From Clostridia bacterium (lineage in GTDB: Bacteria > Bacillota > Clostridia > TANB77 > CAG-508), in assembly GCA_017404545.1 (NCBI GenBank), contig JAFRCC010000006.1:8-64007 (forward strand): a DNA stretch of 64,000 nucleotides, in the 5' to 3' direction. Made by a program: the position numbers and the translations under genes. The notes below the pieces were generated by a model that worked only from the letters and a program-made list of their open reading frames with translations, did not search any database and had not been told where the DNA came from. Below, one piece after another: positions 1-9,956 of the stretch (positions within the stretch are counted from its first letter, which is position 1; each line of letters opens with the position of its first letter).

Positions 1-18
1 AACAACGAATCATTCAGA

Positions 19-222
19 ATGGATCAAATAAATGTCCTAAATAAAAAGGAAACCGTAAAATTCATGGGAAATTACAGAGTTTATGACAGGAAAAATTACA
101 ACTCCATTTCAAGAGAAATCAATACTTTTCTAAAAGAATACGGTGACGTTGACATAAAATCTAAAAAAATCAGAGATAGCGGCATGAAATTTACAGCAGT
201 AAGCTTTAATTTTGAGCTATGA
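19..222 (+). CDS. hypothetical small protein
   Basis: 67-aa ORF at the window edge with no recognisable motif; context unclear. Confidence 0.3.
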   Translation: MDQINVLNKKETVKFMGNYRVYDRKNYNSISREINTFLKEYGDVDIKSKKIRDSGMKFTAVSFNFEL

Positions 223-404
223 AAAGTTTCATTATATACATATAATTCAAAATTTAACAATACCCACCATATTTAAGTATTAGAAAATAATCTCAAATAC
301 AAATAACATACAACTAAAACATAAATGATATAAATTCTTAATTTTAACAATAAATGACGGATATTACCCATATTAATAAATTAAATGATGAAATAAATAA
401 AATA

Positions 405-465
405 AAGCATTATTAATATGAAAAATAAAAGATTAAAGAAATTAATTTTTAATAACTTTTAGTAA
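405..465. repeat. about 58-bp direct repeat, copy A (second copy at 2943-3000, roughly 88% identical)
   Basis: Both copies read ATTATTAATATGAAAAAT(A/C)AAAGATTAAA...TTTTAA(A)TAACTTTTAGT when aligned by eye. Confidence 0.6.
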
Positions 466-667
466 ATTTAATCGAAATATTTATATACTAACAAAAGGGA
501 AATCAACAAAAAATTGTATAGTTACCATTTTATCTGTATTTAAGTGATTAAATAGTATAGTTTGGAAGTAACTATGTTTTTAAAATCTTATTTACAAACA
601 GTGAATAATCAAATTTTTGAATAGTTACCAAATTCCCAAAGAAAATTAAAATAAATTTTTTCACAAA

Positions 668-803
668 ACATTAATCATCAACCGTAATCATCAACCAACT
701 TGATTTTTTTATTTTTAATTAAAATTGTTTAAATCATAAAATAAGTAATTTAAAGAGTTTTTAAAAATTAATCATCAACCAAAAAATATGTTAATCATCA
801 ACC
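668..803. repeat. about 135-bp iteron block upstream of fic with 4 copies of TTAATCATCAACC (671-683, 685-696, 768-780, 791-803)
   Basis: Nearly identical block repeated at 1864-1998 immediately after the fic stop codon. Confidence 0.7.
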
Positions 804-843
804 ACATATAGTATAGTAATTAAGAAAAATAAAAGTTGATACT

Positions 844-1863
844 ATGTTTGAACCTAAATTTACATATACTGATAAAATTGTAAATTACATTGCAGAAATC
901 GCTTCAGCTAAAGAAGTTATCAACAATGCTAAAATAATCCCATTATACGATACCAAATTAAAACAGGACGCTCTTATTAGATCTTCACATTACTCAACAT
1001 CAATTGAAGGAAATCCTTTAAATTTAGACGAAGTAGAAACATTAATCAAAAACAATCAGAAACCAACTACAAAAGCAGAACTGGAAGTATTAAATTATTT
1101 CAATGTATTAAATCATTTAGACCAATATTCAGATAAAACTATTACCCAAAACACAATTTTATCCGTGCATAAAGATCTGACTAAAGATTTATTAAGAAAT
1201 CCAGAATATGAAGGTAAATTTAGGGATACTCGAGTATTTATCGGCAATCTGCATGCTCAAAAAATAAATTACGTGCCACCAGATGCTTATAAAGTGCCTT
1301 ATTTGGTAGAGGAATTATTAGACTGGTTGAACAATTCAACAGATGAAATGTATCCCGTCATTATCGCAGGAATTCTTCATTATGAATTAGTACGTATCCA
1401 CCCATTTGTTGATGGAAATGGGCGTACCAGCAGACTTATGGCAACATTAATTCTATCAGTTCACAAATTTAATATCAATAACTACTTCACTTTAGATGAA
1501 TATTATAATCAGGACAGGCAGGCTTATGTTGATGCCCTACACAGTGCTGATAAAAACCATGACTTGACTAATTGGCTGGAATATTTCTGTGGAGGAGTAT
1601 TATACTCAATTAATAAAGTTAAATCAGAAGTATTGAAATTAGGTGAAATCACATCAAAATATGATAAAACAATTCAATTAACTCCAAATGAAATTTCTGT
1701 ATTAACACTTCTTGAAGAAAAAGGACATATCCAAAACAAAGATATTCAAGAGATGTTAAAAATTACTCCCCAAGCCAGCTATAAAATTATTAGAAAACTA
1801 AAAAATAATGAATTAATTGAAAGTAGAGGAAAAGGTAGAAATACAGAATATATTTTGAAATAA
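844..1863 (+). CDS. fic: Fic/Doc family protein with C-terminal winged-helix domain
   Basis: Canonical Fic motif HPFVDGNGRTSRL. C-terminal region resembles a wHTH (LTPNEISVLTLLEEKGHIQNKDIQEMLKIT...). Confidence 0.85.
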   Translation: MFEPKFTYTDKIVNYIAEIASAKEVINNAKIIPLYDTKLKQDALIRSSHYSTSIEGNPLNLDEVETLIKNNQKPTTKAELEVLNYFNVLNHLDQYSDKTITQNTILSVHKDLTKDLLRNPEYEGKFRDTRVFIGNLHAQKINYVPPDAYKVPYLVEELLDWLNNSTDEMYPVIIAGILHYELVRIHPFVDGNGRTSRLMATLILSVHKFNINNYFTLDEYYNQDRQAYVDALHSADKNHDLTNWLEYFCGGVLYSINKVKSEVLKLGEITSKYDKTIQLTPNEISVLTLLEEKGHIQNKDIQEMLKITPQASYKIIRKLKNNELIESRGKGRNTEYILK

Positions 1864-1998
1864 AACATTAATCATCAACCTTAATCATCAACCATCATGA
1901 ATTTTTTATTTTTAATTAAAATGATTTAATTAATGAAATAAGTAATTTAATGAATTTTAAAAAATTAATCATCAACCAAAAAATATCCTAATCACCAA
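1864..1998. repeat. second copy of the iteron block (TTAATCATCAACC at 1868-1880, 1881-1893, 1965-1977, degenerate copy 1987-1998)
   Basis: Direct repeat of the 668-803 block including the AT-rich internal spacer. Confidence 0.7.
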
Positions 1999-2092
1999 CT
2001 ACAAATATCTTAAATCGAATGCTATGAAGAATATTCAAAACATTTTTATTAAGAAAAACATAATATAATTCTGAAGTGAATGGGGGAAAAAT

Positions 2093-2395
2093 ATGGATTC
2101 TTATTATAAGAGTAAAAAATTAATAATTTATTATTTTATTTCATATATTGCATGTTTTTTCCTTTTTCTAACTTTGTATATTATTTATCAGAATAATATC
2201 TTAATTTTAATCCAGTTAATTGTTTATGCGGGAATTATGAAGATATTTAGTATTAAATTTAGTGACTTAGATTGGAAATTTGAATGCATTAAAAAAGAAT
2301 ATAATGACCTATTTTTTCATGTTACACAAATAATGCCTTTTTTCATGATTTTCTTATGTTACATATCTGTAAAATTACTTAATTATCTCCCATAA
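2093..2395 (+). CDS. small hydrophobic membrane protein
   Basis: ORF with several predicted TM helices and an RBS-like GGGGGAAAAATATG upstream. Confidence 0.4.
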   Translation: MDSYYKSKKLIIYYFISYIACFFLFLTLYIIYQNNILILIQLIVYAGIMKIFSIKFSDLDWKFECIKKEYNDLFFHVTQIMPFFMIFLCYISVKLLNYLP

Positions 2396-2418
2396 TAACA
2401 TAACATTAAATAAATCGA

Positions 2419-2754
2419 ATGTCAATATTCAAAACTAAAAGGAGTGAGATTATGGGATTTTTAGAAAATCGAAGAAAAATTTTTATAACAACAATTTTAC
2501 TTCAAATCTTCACATATCTAATTACATTAGCATTAACACTGACATTAGACAATATTCTTTATTTTGGTTGTAGTTTCCTAATTTATTGCATAATTGGCAG
2601 AATTATGCTTAACCAATTAAATAACTTATATTACAATGAAAAACATGAAGATTATACTGGAGAGTATGATTTTAAATTGGATTTACTTTTTCCATTTGAC
2701 ATTATAATGATTTTAATAAATATAGCTACACTTAAAGTTTTAGGAGTAATTTAA
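2419..2754 (+). CDS. small membrane protein
   Basis: ORF preceded by AAGGAGTGAG; hydrophobic segments. Confidence 0.45.
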   Translation: MSIFKTKRSEIMGFLENRRKIFITTILLQIFTYLITLALTLTLDNILYFGCSFLIYCIIGRIMLNQLNNLYYNEKHEDYTGEYDFKLDLLFPFDIIMILINIATLKVLGVI

Positions 2755-2942
2755 CATTGACGACCACCATTAACTATTGGAAATCTACTTTTGGAAACCA
2801 TTACCTATGTTAAAAAATAATATACTTACCATCCTAAACCAAAAATTAAAAAAATATGCAAATTTGATATTCAATAATTTTAACAATCAGATTATAACTA
2901 TTGCCAATATCAAGAAAATAACAACTGAATTTCATAAAATAA

Positions 2943-3000
2943 TCAATTATTAATATGAAAAATCAAAGATTAAAAGAATTTCTTTTTAAATAACTTTTAG
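2943..3000. repeat. about 58-bp direct repeat, copy B, 180 bp upstream of the integrase gene (candidate att-type sequence)
   Basis: See copy A at 405-465. Confidence 0.6.
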
Positions 3001-3177
3001 TTATAAAAATAGAAAACTTTAAATAGTAACAAAAAGTAACTAATACATATTTTTTAAAATATCTTAAACTTTTGGTGATTCAATAATTTGAAAAATCGGA
3101 TTACTTACCAAATGCTCTCTCTCAAATTATAATATATTTCATTAATATATTATACTTATTGTCAATTAGGTGATAAT

Positions 3178-4290
3178 ATGGATAACGAGCTAGTAAGTGA
3201 AGTGAATATGGTAAAAAATCATTCCGAAGCCACTAAAATTGTTTATGAAAGAGCGGTTAAAAAATATACTGATTTTTGGTCAATGTCTTTGGAAGAACTG
3301 TTAGAAGAGGCGGAAAATGAAGAAGATAAAGGCATAAAATGGAAAAAAAGAAAATTAAAAAGGAGATTGATTCAATATCGACAACATTTACTTGAAAATT
3401 TCTCTTTAAATACAGCGCACATCTATTTCAATCCCATAACAGTTATTTACAGATATTATGAAATAGAAATAATCGATTTACCTAAAATTAACGAAAAAAG
3501 TTTAAAAAAACCAGAACCTATCCAATTCAAAGATTTACCTGATAAAGAAATCATAAGACAAGCTATAAATATTGCAACTCCTACAATGAAAGCAATAATA
3601 TATTTTATGGCGTCTAGCGGTTGTGCTAGAACTGAAACCTTGAATTTAACTATCGGAGATTATATTGGAGCCCTATCAGAATATACAAACAAAACTAACA
3701 TATACGACATAATAAATGAATTAAACGAAAATAATAATATTATTCCAACATTTAGTATTTTAAGACAAAAAACGGGAAAATATTACACTACCTATTGTAG
3801 TCCTGAAGCAGTAAAGGCTATAAATTTATATTTGCTCGATAGAACTGACTATTTAACAGATTATAAACCTTTATTCAGAATAAATTCAATTTATTTTAAT
3901 GCCAAATTTATAGAAATAAATAATAAACTAGGATTAGGAAAAGTAGGCTCTTATAATCGATTTAGAAGCCATATGTTACGTAAGTTTCACGCCTCCGCAC
4001 TATATAACGACGGTATGAGCTTAGATAAAGTCAATGACTTGCAGGGAAAAGCTAAAAACAAAACCGACCAAGCTTATTTTATGACTAATCCCGAAGATTT
4101 AAAACACGAATATATCAAACATCTTCCGGCTGTAACTATAAATCAAGATGTTGAAAAGCTATCTATCAAATCTCCGGAATTTATTCATATGGAAAATGAG
4201 AATAAAGAGTTAAAATCAGATTTAGACGAACTTAAAAGCAAAATTAAAAATATTGAAAATTTCGTTAAAAATTCCGGAGATGTCTTGTAG
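3178..4290 (+). CDS. int: tyrosine recombinase / phage integrase
   Basis: ARTETL region (first Arg). C-terminal HMLRKFHAS...LQGKA...AYF gives the H-x-x-R...H...Y catalytic pattern. Sits at the element boundary. Confidence 0.8.
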   Translation: MDNELVSEVNMVKNHSEATKIVYERAVKKYTDFWSMSLEELLEEAENEEDKGIKWKKRKLKRRLIQYRQHLLENFSLNTAHIYFNPITVIYRYYEIEIIDLPKINEKSLKKPEPIQFKDLPDKEIIRQAINIATPTMKAIIYFMASSGCARTETLNLTIGDYIGALSEYTNKTNIYDIINELNENNNIIPTFSILRQKTGKYYTTYCSPEAVKAINLYLLDRTDYLTDYKPLFRINSIYFNAKFIEINNKLGLGKVGSYNRFRSHMLRKFHASALYNDGMSLDKVNDLQGKAKNKTDQAYFMTNPEDLKHEYIKHLPAVTINQDVEKLSIKSPEFIHMENENKELKSDLDELKSKIKNIENFVKNSGDVL

Positions 4291-4438
4291 ACACAACTTG
4301 AGTTTTTATACATTTCCCTATTTTTTCTATTTTTTTATTTTAAATAACATTTAATAATACAATATATATTCATTAAACATAATTTATATTAGTAAAAACT
4401 TAAATATGTATTATTAACGAATATTAGGAGAAATAATT

Positions 4439-5728
4439 ATGAGTAATAAGAAATCACTAATGTTAATAATATTATCGATTTTTATGATTAGTGTTGTTAT
4501 AGGAGCGGTTTCTGCAAACTCTTCATTTGAAGAAAATTATTCTATAACTGAAACCGATAATACCGTTGCTCCATTGTCCGATATGAACTATTTGACTGAA
4601 TATAGTTCTTATTCAGACGAATCAGATTATAGTTCCGACAATGTTGAAACTACTGTTGATGATGGTACTTCAGACAGCAGTTCTGATGATGATAATGAGA
4701 ATATTGATGAAGAAACTCCTGAATATGACGGAGAATTCATTGTTGAAAATATAACTCAAAAATATGACGGATGGGGGTCTGACATATCCGTCTGGTTACA
4801 AGACAATGATGAAAATCCGCTTATTTTAGGAGATGGAGTTGTAACTCTTCATTGGAGTGATGGGACAATATCAAAACAATATGATAATGATTGGTATAAT
4901 CTCGAAATAATTGCTGATGAAATAAATTACGGCGTTGTTGATTATTCCGTATATGATTACTGGTTGTATGATGATGACGAATACGAGTGGGAAGGATATT
5001 ATTCAATTTTTAACAAGCCGGTAGGAACTTATACTGTAACGGCTGTTTGCAATGATGATGTTTACAATATTAAACCTGCAACATTTACAGTTAAAATTAA
5101 TAAAGGAACAGTTAAATTAACTCCCAAAGCTTATCATTGTGCTAAAGGAGATTATGCTACTTTAAAATGTAACGTCGTCGATTCTTACGGCCAATTTGTC
5201 GATGAAGGTACAGTAACTTTCAAAATTGATGGAAAAGAATACAAAGTAAAAGTATCCCGTGGAGTTGCTACTAAAAAAATAAAATTGTCAAAAGCTAAGA
5301 CTTATAAATATACAGCTACATTCAACGGAGACAATTATGTTTCAAAATCAGGGTCTAGTAGTATATACGTTTATAAAATCACTAAAAAAGCTAGAACTTT
5401 CAAAATTGGAAAATATAAAGCTGTAGTTCCATTAGCCAAATATAAAAAATTGATTAATGCTAAAAATACTAATAAACGTATTAGTTTTCATAACATCTAT
5501 ACTGGTAAAAAAATCACTCAAAAGGTTAAAGTAAACGGAAAATGGAAAACTATGAGAAACGTAAAAGTTTACTTTAATATTGCTTATGGTGGTAAAACTG
5601 GAGGGCAAGATTGCAATCCTAATAAATATTGCATTTATCTAGGAACTAAATATCAAAATCCCGGTTATGATGATTTTAAACCTTGGGTAGACGGGTATAA
5701 AACTAAAACATTACTTACTGATTTTTAA
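4439..5728 (+). CDS. secreted adhesin-like protein with Ig-like domain and Lys/Tyr-rich C-terminus
   Basis: N-terminal signal/TM helix, acidic D/S-rich region, Big-like segment (TVTAVCNDD...KVKVSRGVATKKIKL). Paralogous to 55374-56384. Confidence 0.6.
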   Translation: MSNKKSLMLIILSIFMISVVIGAVSANSSFEENYSITETDNTVAPLSDMNYLTEYSSYSDESDYSSDNVETTVDDGTSDSSSDDDNENIDEETPEYDGEFIVENITQKYDGWGSDISVWLQDNDENPLILGDGVVTLHWSDGTISKQYDNDWYNLEIIADEINYGVVDYSVYDYWLYDDDEYEWEGYYSIFNKPVGTYTVTAVCNDDVYNIKPATFTVKINKGTVKLTPKAYHCAKGDYATLKCNVVDSYGQFVDEGTVTFKIDGKEYKVKVSRGVATKKIKLSKAKTYKYTATFNGDNYVSKSGSSSIYVYKITKKARTFKIGKYKAVVPLAKYKKLINAKNTNKRISFHNIYTGKKITQKVKVNGKWKTMRNVKVYFNIAYGGKTGGQDCNPNKYCIYLGTKYQNPGYDDFKPWVDGYKTKTLLTDF

Positions 5729-5744
5729 TTATTAAATTAAGTAT

Positions 5745-5788
5745 AATCTGTTGAGATTATATCTTAACAGATTTTTTAATCTTTTTTT
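5745..5788 (+). terminator. hairpin (12-bp stem AATCTGTTGAGA/TCTTAACAGATT, loop TTATA) plus T-tract
   Basis: Starts 17 nt after the 4439-5728 stop and is followed by TTTTTTAATCTTTTTTT. Confidence 0.6.
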
Positions 5789-6657
5789 ATAGAGATTTTT
5801 TGAAGGTCGAAATTTACTACTTCTAAGATTTTCAATTATTATACGTTTCCCTATTTTTTTTCTATTTTTTTGAAAACATACGCCATGTGTTTTTGGACTT
5901 TTTGGTGTTCAAACTAACAAAAATTAATTTTATTATTGAATATTGTTCATTAAATCAAAAAGATAACATTTAAATATTCAAATGACAAATCTATAATTGA
6001 CCTTCACTAAAATACTTGAATTGATTTCAAAACGTTATTTTAGGGAAGGTAAAAAAAGTATCAATAGGAGTTTCAAATAAGTTAGAAATTGTTAAAAATC
6101 AGTAAAATTACAAAAAAAGACTGGATTCATAAATAAGGATTATAAAAGTAAAAAAGATATTTACTTTTTGAACAACGAGCTGATAAATATGTTTTTTATT
6201 TATAATCCTCGTAATGGGGTCAGTTAAGAAAGATAAAAAGAGTTAAACGGAGTCGCAAAACCATGTTTAATGCCTTTACTGTTCAAAACTTAACCCAATA
6301 ACTAGTTTATCTTTATAAATATATAAAGATTTGCACTAATATTAGGTTTTTTGAATAGAAAATAAGGTAAACAAATGTATTCAACTTTTTTTATTTTTCG
6401 TTATTTTTTTGTAGGTACTTGAGTTTAGATCAAGAATTACCTCATTACTTGGTTTTATTATTGATATTTTTGAGAGATATGAGAAGGGCTTTTGTTATTT
6501 AAATAACAATTAGTCCTCAATATCGGTATATTTATATGTATAGCGATATAAATTAAGAATTAGATTAATAATTTTTAGTTAAATATTAATCTGCTAGTGA
6601 ATAACGCTCCAATGAGTTATTCGGAGAATGATGAGGAGTTAAGATGGAGTCGCAACC

Positions 6658-6852
6658 ATGTACGAAATAAGAAAATGGGTAATTAAACCAGTCTTGAATG
6701 AGGTTATATATTCTAACCTCAACTTTCAAGCTCTGGAGGAAATACTCGGAGAACTCTCTGATAATATGAGTGAAAAAGAGTTCTTTGATTTATACGAAAT
6801 TGAAGAGCTAGAAACTGGATTAAAGAACAACGAAGTATTATGTTCAATTTAA
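6658..6852 (+). CDS. hypothetical early protein
   Basis: ORF preceded by the conserved GGAGTCGCAACCATG translation-initiation motif. Confidence 0.5.
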   Translation: MYEIRKWVIKPVLNEVIYSNLNFQALEEILGELSDNMSEKEFFDLYEIEELETGLKNNEVLCSI

Positions 6853-6904
6853 TCCTTTAGTTTGTCGAATTTTAAAACAAAAAATAACATTAGGAGTCGC
6901 AACC

Positions 6905-7015
6905 ATGTTAAAAGAAGAAGTTATTGACGGGAAACCTCACGTTCTTGTACCTAAAGAGGTATGGAATGAGATTTGGTCTATATTTGATAAAATTACTGAA
7001 ATGGGGGAGTAAATA
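6905..7015 (+). CDS. small hypothetical protein (36 aa)
   Basis: Third copy of GGAGTCGCAACCATG initiates this ORF (MLKEEVIDGKPHVLVPKEVWNEIWSIFDKITEMGE). Confidence 0.3.
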
Positions 7016-7033
7016 TGAGTATTTACTCTCCAT

Positions 7034-7441
7034 ATGAAGTATATCCTTCTTGGATTGATGAAGTTGAATTATCTTTGTGTGAGAATTGCACTTTTGACTG
7101 CGATATTCACCAATACTGCATTAACGAGGTGGATACTAATGACTAAATCAGTAAATCCTTTTATAGATAACACTGATGGCATTTTAACTCACAGCGGTGA
7201 GATTAAAGTTGCCAAATCAAATGTAGAACAAAAGATTTTAGATATAAGTGATGAAGGTAGCGTTTTAGTGAAAGGTAGAACTAAATCATATCACGCTTTA
7301 GTTCACGTGGAACTGTTACCTTTAATCCAATATGCAGAAAAAGGCGATACTGGCTTTATTAAATTCAGAAACGGTGAAGCCTTTATTGTCGGATTTAGAA
7401 AAAACCTAAAACGAGCTGATAAATATGAGAGATTTAATTAA
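7034..7441 (+). CDS. hypothetical protein
   Basis: ORF in the + strand early operon. Confidence 0.45.
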   Translation: MKYILLGLMKLNYLCVRIALLTAIFTNTALTRWILMTKSVNPFIDNTDGILTHSGEIKVAKSNVEQKILDISDEGSVLVKGRTKSYHALVHVELLPLIQYAEKGDTGFIKFRNGEAFIVGFRKNLKRADKYERFN

Positions 7442-7649
7442 GAATTTGCAAGCTAATTGTCCGGAAAATCATTTCATACAATTAGAAACCGTAAAAGACG
7501 AAACCAAATTTAAAATCCGTAAAAATGATAAACTCGGATTTAAAGGGAAACTAATTTGCATTCACTCTAACGGAGTGGTATCTTGCGTTATTAACCAAGA
7601 TTATATAGTCGCTATTTGTTATTGTAAGGAGTTGCCTAAAAATGAGTAA
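7425..7649 (+). CDS. hypothetical protein
   Basis: ATG embedded in the GAGCTGATAAATATG motif. Confidence 0.5.
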   Translation: MRDLIKNLQANCPENHFIQLETVKDETKFKIRKNDKLGFKGKLICIHSNGVVSCVINQDYIVAICYCKELPKNE

Positions 7650-7779
7650 ACCTGCTAGATTATACCCGAAACCAGAACCGATTGTAATAAACCCTAAAAT
7701 AATTTGGATAGGAAGCTTTATTTTTGCCTTAGTGATGGGTTGGATTGGAATTTCAACTTTATTTTACGGGGTGTTATAA
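7642..7779 (+). CDS. small membrane peptide (45 aa)
   Basis: Strong RBS AAGGAG. Hydrophobic peptide (IWIGSFIFALVMGWIGISTLFYGVL). Its stop overlaps the next start as TAATG. Confidence 0.45.
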   Translation: MSKPARLYPKPEPIVINPKIIWIGSFIFALVMGWIGISTLFYGVL

Positions 7780-8189
7780 TGGGTTTAGATATGTATTTAT
7801 ACGGCGCCACAATTACCTTCGAAGGTGAATCATCTAAAATGAAAATTCAACTTGAAGAGGTCGCTTATTGGAGAAAGCAAAACGCAATCCACAACTGGTT
7901 TGTTAATACCGTTCAAGAAGGCGTAGACAATTGCGCTTTATACGGCGTAAGTGAACGTCATCTCAAAAAGCTCCTAGTCGAATGTAAGAAAGTTCTTGAA
8001 AATCCGACTCCGGAAAATGCTATGAAAATTTTACCAACTCTTGGCGGATTCTTTTTTGGTGGAACTGACTTAACTAATGAATATGAGTTAGAATACTATT
8101 TAGGTGGTTTAAAATACACCGTTGAGCGTATACGTGAATTATTGAAAGAAGATGAATTTGAATACTATTATTATAGTTCAAGTTGGTGA
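7779..8189 (+). CDS. hypothetical protein (start taken at the internal ATG of ORF 7704-8189)
   Basis: ORF. Translational coupling to the upstream peptide suggests 7779 as the start. Confidence 0.45.
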   Translation: MGLDMYLYGATITFEGESSKMKIQLEEVAYWRKQNAIHNWFVNTVQEGVDNCALYGVSERHLKKLLVECKKVLENPTPENAMKILPTLGGFFFGGTDLTNEYELEYYLGGLKYTVERIRELLKEDEFEYYYYSSSW

Positions 8190-8193
8190 TTAG

Positions 8194-8454
8194 ATGGAAA
8201 GTAATGTGATTTTAGAAAATTTTGATAAATTAAACGATGATAACGCAATGTTTGTTGAATTTAAAAACGGAGGTTCATTATTGGTCGATAATACTGATAT
8301 AATCCATGCGACTGGCGATTTAATTGAGATTAAAGCAACTGCTGGAACCTACATAACCAAAGTAGATAATGTAATTGGTTTAAAAATCCTTAATCGTGTA
8401 GATATTGTTAAAAAAGCCCTCTTAGGAGAATTAGTAAGTGAAATAGGTGATTAA
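8194..8454 (+). CDS. hypothetical protein
   Basis: ORF with RBS GGTGAT upstream. Confidence 0.45.
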   Translation: MESNVILENFDKLNDDNAMFVEFKNGGSLLVDNTDIIHATGDLIEIKATAGTYITKVDNVIGLKILNRVDIVKKALLGELVSEIGD

Positions 8455-8456
8455 AT

Positions 8457-9017
8457 ATGGTTAAAGCTGAATTAATGGAAAACACTCCAGTAACTCATGA
8501 AACTGGATTAGTGAATGTAGATAACGTTCCTGATGTAGATACTGCATTAGAACAATGGAACGCTTATCAAGCACTTTGTAAAGGTCTTTTAAATGAAACC
8601 GATTATCAAGACATCGTAGTTAAAGAAAAAGACGCTGACGGAAATTACGTCAAAGTAACTAGGAAATTCAAAAAGAAATCCGCTTGGCAAAAATTGTCTA
8701 GAGCTTTTAATGTTGATACTCACATCGTAGACCGTGAACTTGAAAGAACCAAAATGGGTAGAGTCAGAGAAGCTTATTATTGTGTTCGCGCAACTCTCCC
8801 CAACGGTAGAAGTGTAGAATCAGACGCTTTATGCTCTAGAAGTGAAAGAGGCAAAGACAAAGTCTCCGACCACACTATTATGAGTACTGCTAAAACCCGT
8901 GCTACTAATCGTGCTATTGCTGAATTAATCGGAGCGGGCGAAGTTTCTGCTGAAGAAATGGGAGCTGAAAAAAGACTCGTTGAAAGTCAATCTAAATTTC
9001 TAAAAGAGGGTGAATAA
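8457..9017 (+). CDS. putative single-strand annealing protein (Erf/Rad52-like)
   Basis: C-terminal STAKTRATNRAIAELIGAG resembles the Rad52/Erf hallmark (A.T.A.KRA...G.G). Lies next to the replication genes. Confidence 0.4.
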   Translation: MVKAELMENTPVTHETGLVNVDNVPDVDTALEQWNAYQALCKGLLNETDYQDIVVKEKDADGNYVKVTRKFKKKSAWQKLSRAFNVDTHIVDRELERTKMGRVREAYYCVRATLPNGRSVESDALCSRSERGKDKVSDHTIMSTAKTRATNRAIAELIGAGEVSAEEMGAEKRLVESQSKFLKEGE

Positions 9018-9056
9018 ATATATATTCCCTTCTAATTTTTTTATGAGCTGATAAAT

Positions 9057-9434
9057 ATGATTGAGGAAATTACCAAAGCTGAAGAAAATACTACACCCAA
9101 AATAACCTATCCAGCGTTATTTTACATGGGTTTGAAAGAATTAATACAGACAAAATCTGTTGCATTATTCGAACTAAGGAAACTTGAAAATGATTTGAAC
9201 GACGCTGAAAGAAAGCTATCTCACAAAGAATCTAAGCTCATCTTAACAACTGATTTCAAAGAACTAGGATTAACCAATGAAAAAATGAGGAAATCCTACA
9301 TCTATGACGAGTTATATGATGATAAATGTGATATTGCTGTTATGAAAGGCGATGTTGAAGAAAAAAGAGACACTATTGAAATAATCAACCACTTAATTAG
9401 ACTAAGTGAAATTAAATTGCAAGGAGCGTTATAA
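9057..9434 (+). CDS. hypothetical protein
   Basis: ATG embedded in GAGCTGATAAATATG. Confidence 0.5.
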   Translation: MIEEITKAEENTTPKITYPALFYMGLKELIQTKSVALFELRKLENDLNDAERKLSHKESKLILTTDFKELGLTNEKMRKSYIYDELYDDKCDIAVMKGDVEEKRDTIEIINHLIRLSEIKLQGAL

Positions 9435-9435
9435 A

Positions 9436-9936
9436 ATGAGTTTTAATGACAAACAAAGTATTTTTACTAGCACTGAATTAGATTATGAAGAAATTGTAGA
9501 CATTCCGGACGGATACGAAAAAGCTGAATTGAAAGATTTTGAAGATGGAACTTTAATCACCGGCAGACCTGAAATGTCCTCTGTAACTTCCTACACCTTC
9601 GATGATGATGGTGAGGAAAAAACTGTTAATAGGTTCAAATTATTCATTTTCAAAGATGCAGAACAATTATACGTCGAAATTAATGTAAATCTTAAAAATG
9701 ATGGTGATATTCACAAGAATATACGTAAAGGAAGTGTTTTATTTGACTTCTTAACTAGTATTCTTGAGTTAGAAAATGCCGGGTCAGTCGGAAGATCAAA
9801 TATCATCAGAAACGCCAACTTAGCTGAATATCGTGAGTTCGTAAACAGATTAAGTGAAATGACTATCGAAGTTAAAGAAAAAACTGGAACTTATGTATTC
9901 TACAGTTTTGTAATTAGAGATGTACAAATTGAATAA
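9436..9936 (+). CDS. hypothetical protein (start at ATG 9436 behind AAGGAG, not 9406)
   Basis: ORF. Confidence 0.45.
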   Translation: MSFNDKQSIFTSTELDYEEIVDIPDGYEKAELKDFEDGTLITGRPEMSSVTSYTFDDDGEEKTVNRFKLFIFKDAEQLYVEINVNLKNDGDIHKNIRKGSVLFDFLTSILELENAGSVGRSNIIRNANLAEYREFVNRLSEMTIEVKEKTGTYVFYSFVIRDVQIE

Positions 9937-9956
9937 ATGAACTATTGGAGTAGAAA

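Noticed and set aside
4821-5006. Minus-strand ORFs nested inside long + strand genes (for example 4821-5006, 10940-11122, 30775-31116, 31348-31653, 31469-31660, 36934-37425, 38725-39120, 40938-41177, 42764-42979, 43101-43295, 46345-46551, 47294-47578, 54473-54697)
   Set aside because: Shadow ORFs with biased, low-complexity composition, lying entirely within better-supported genes on the other strand and lacking RBSs.
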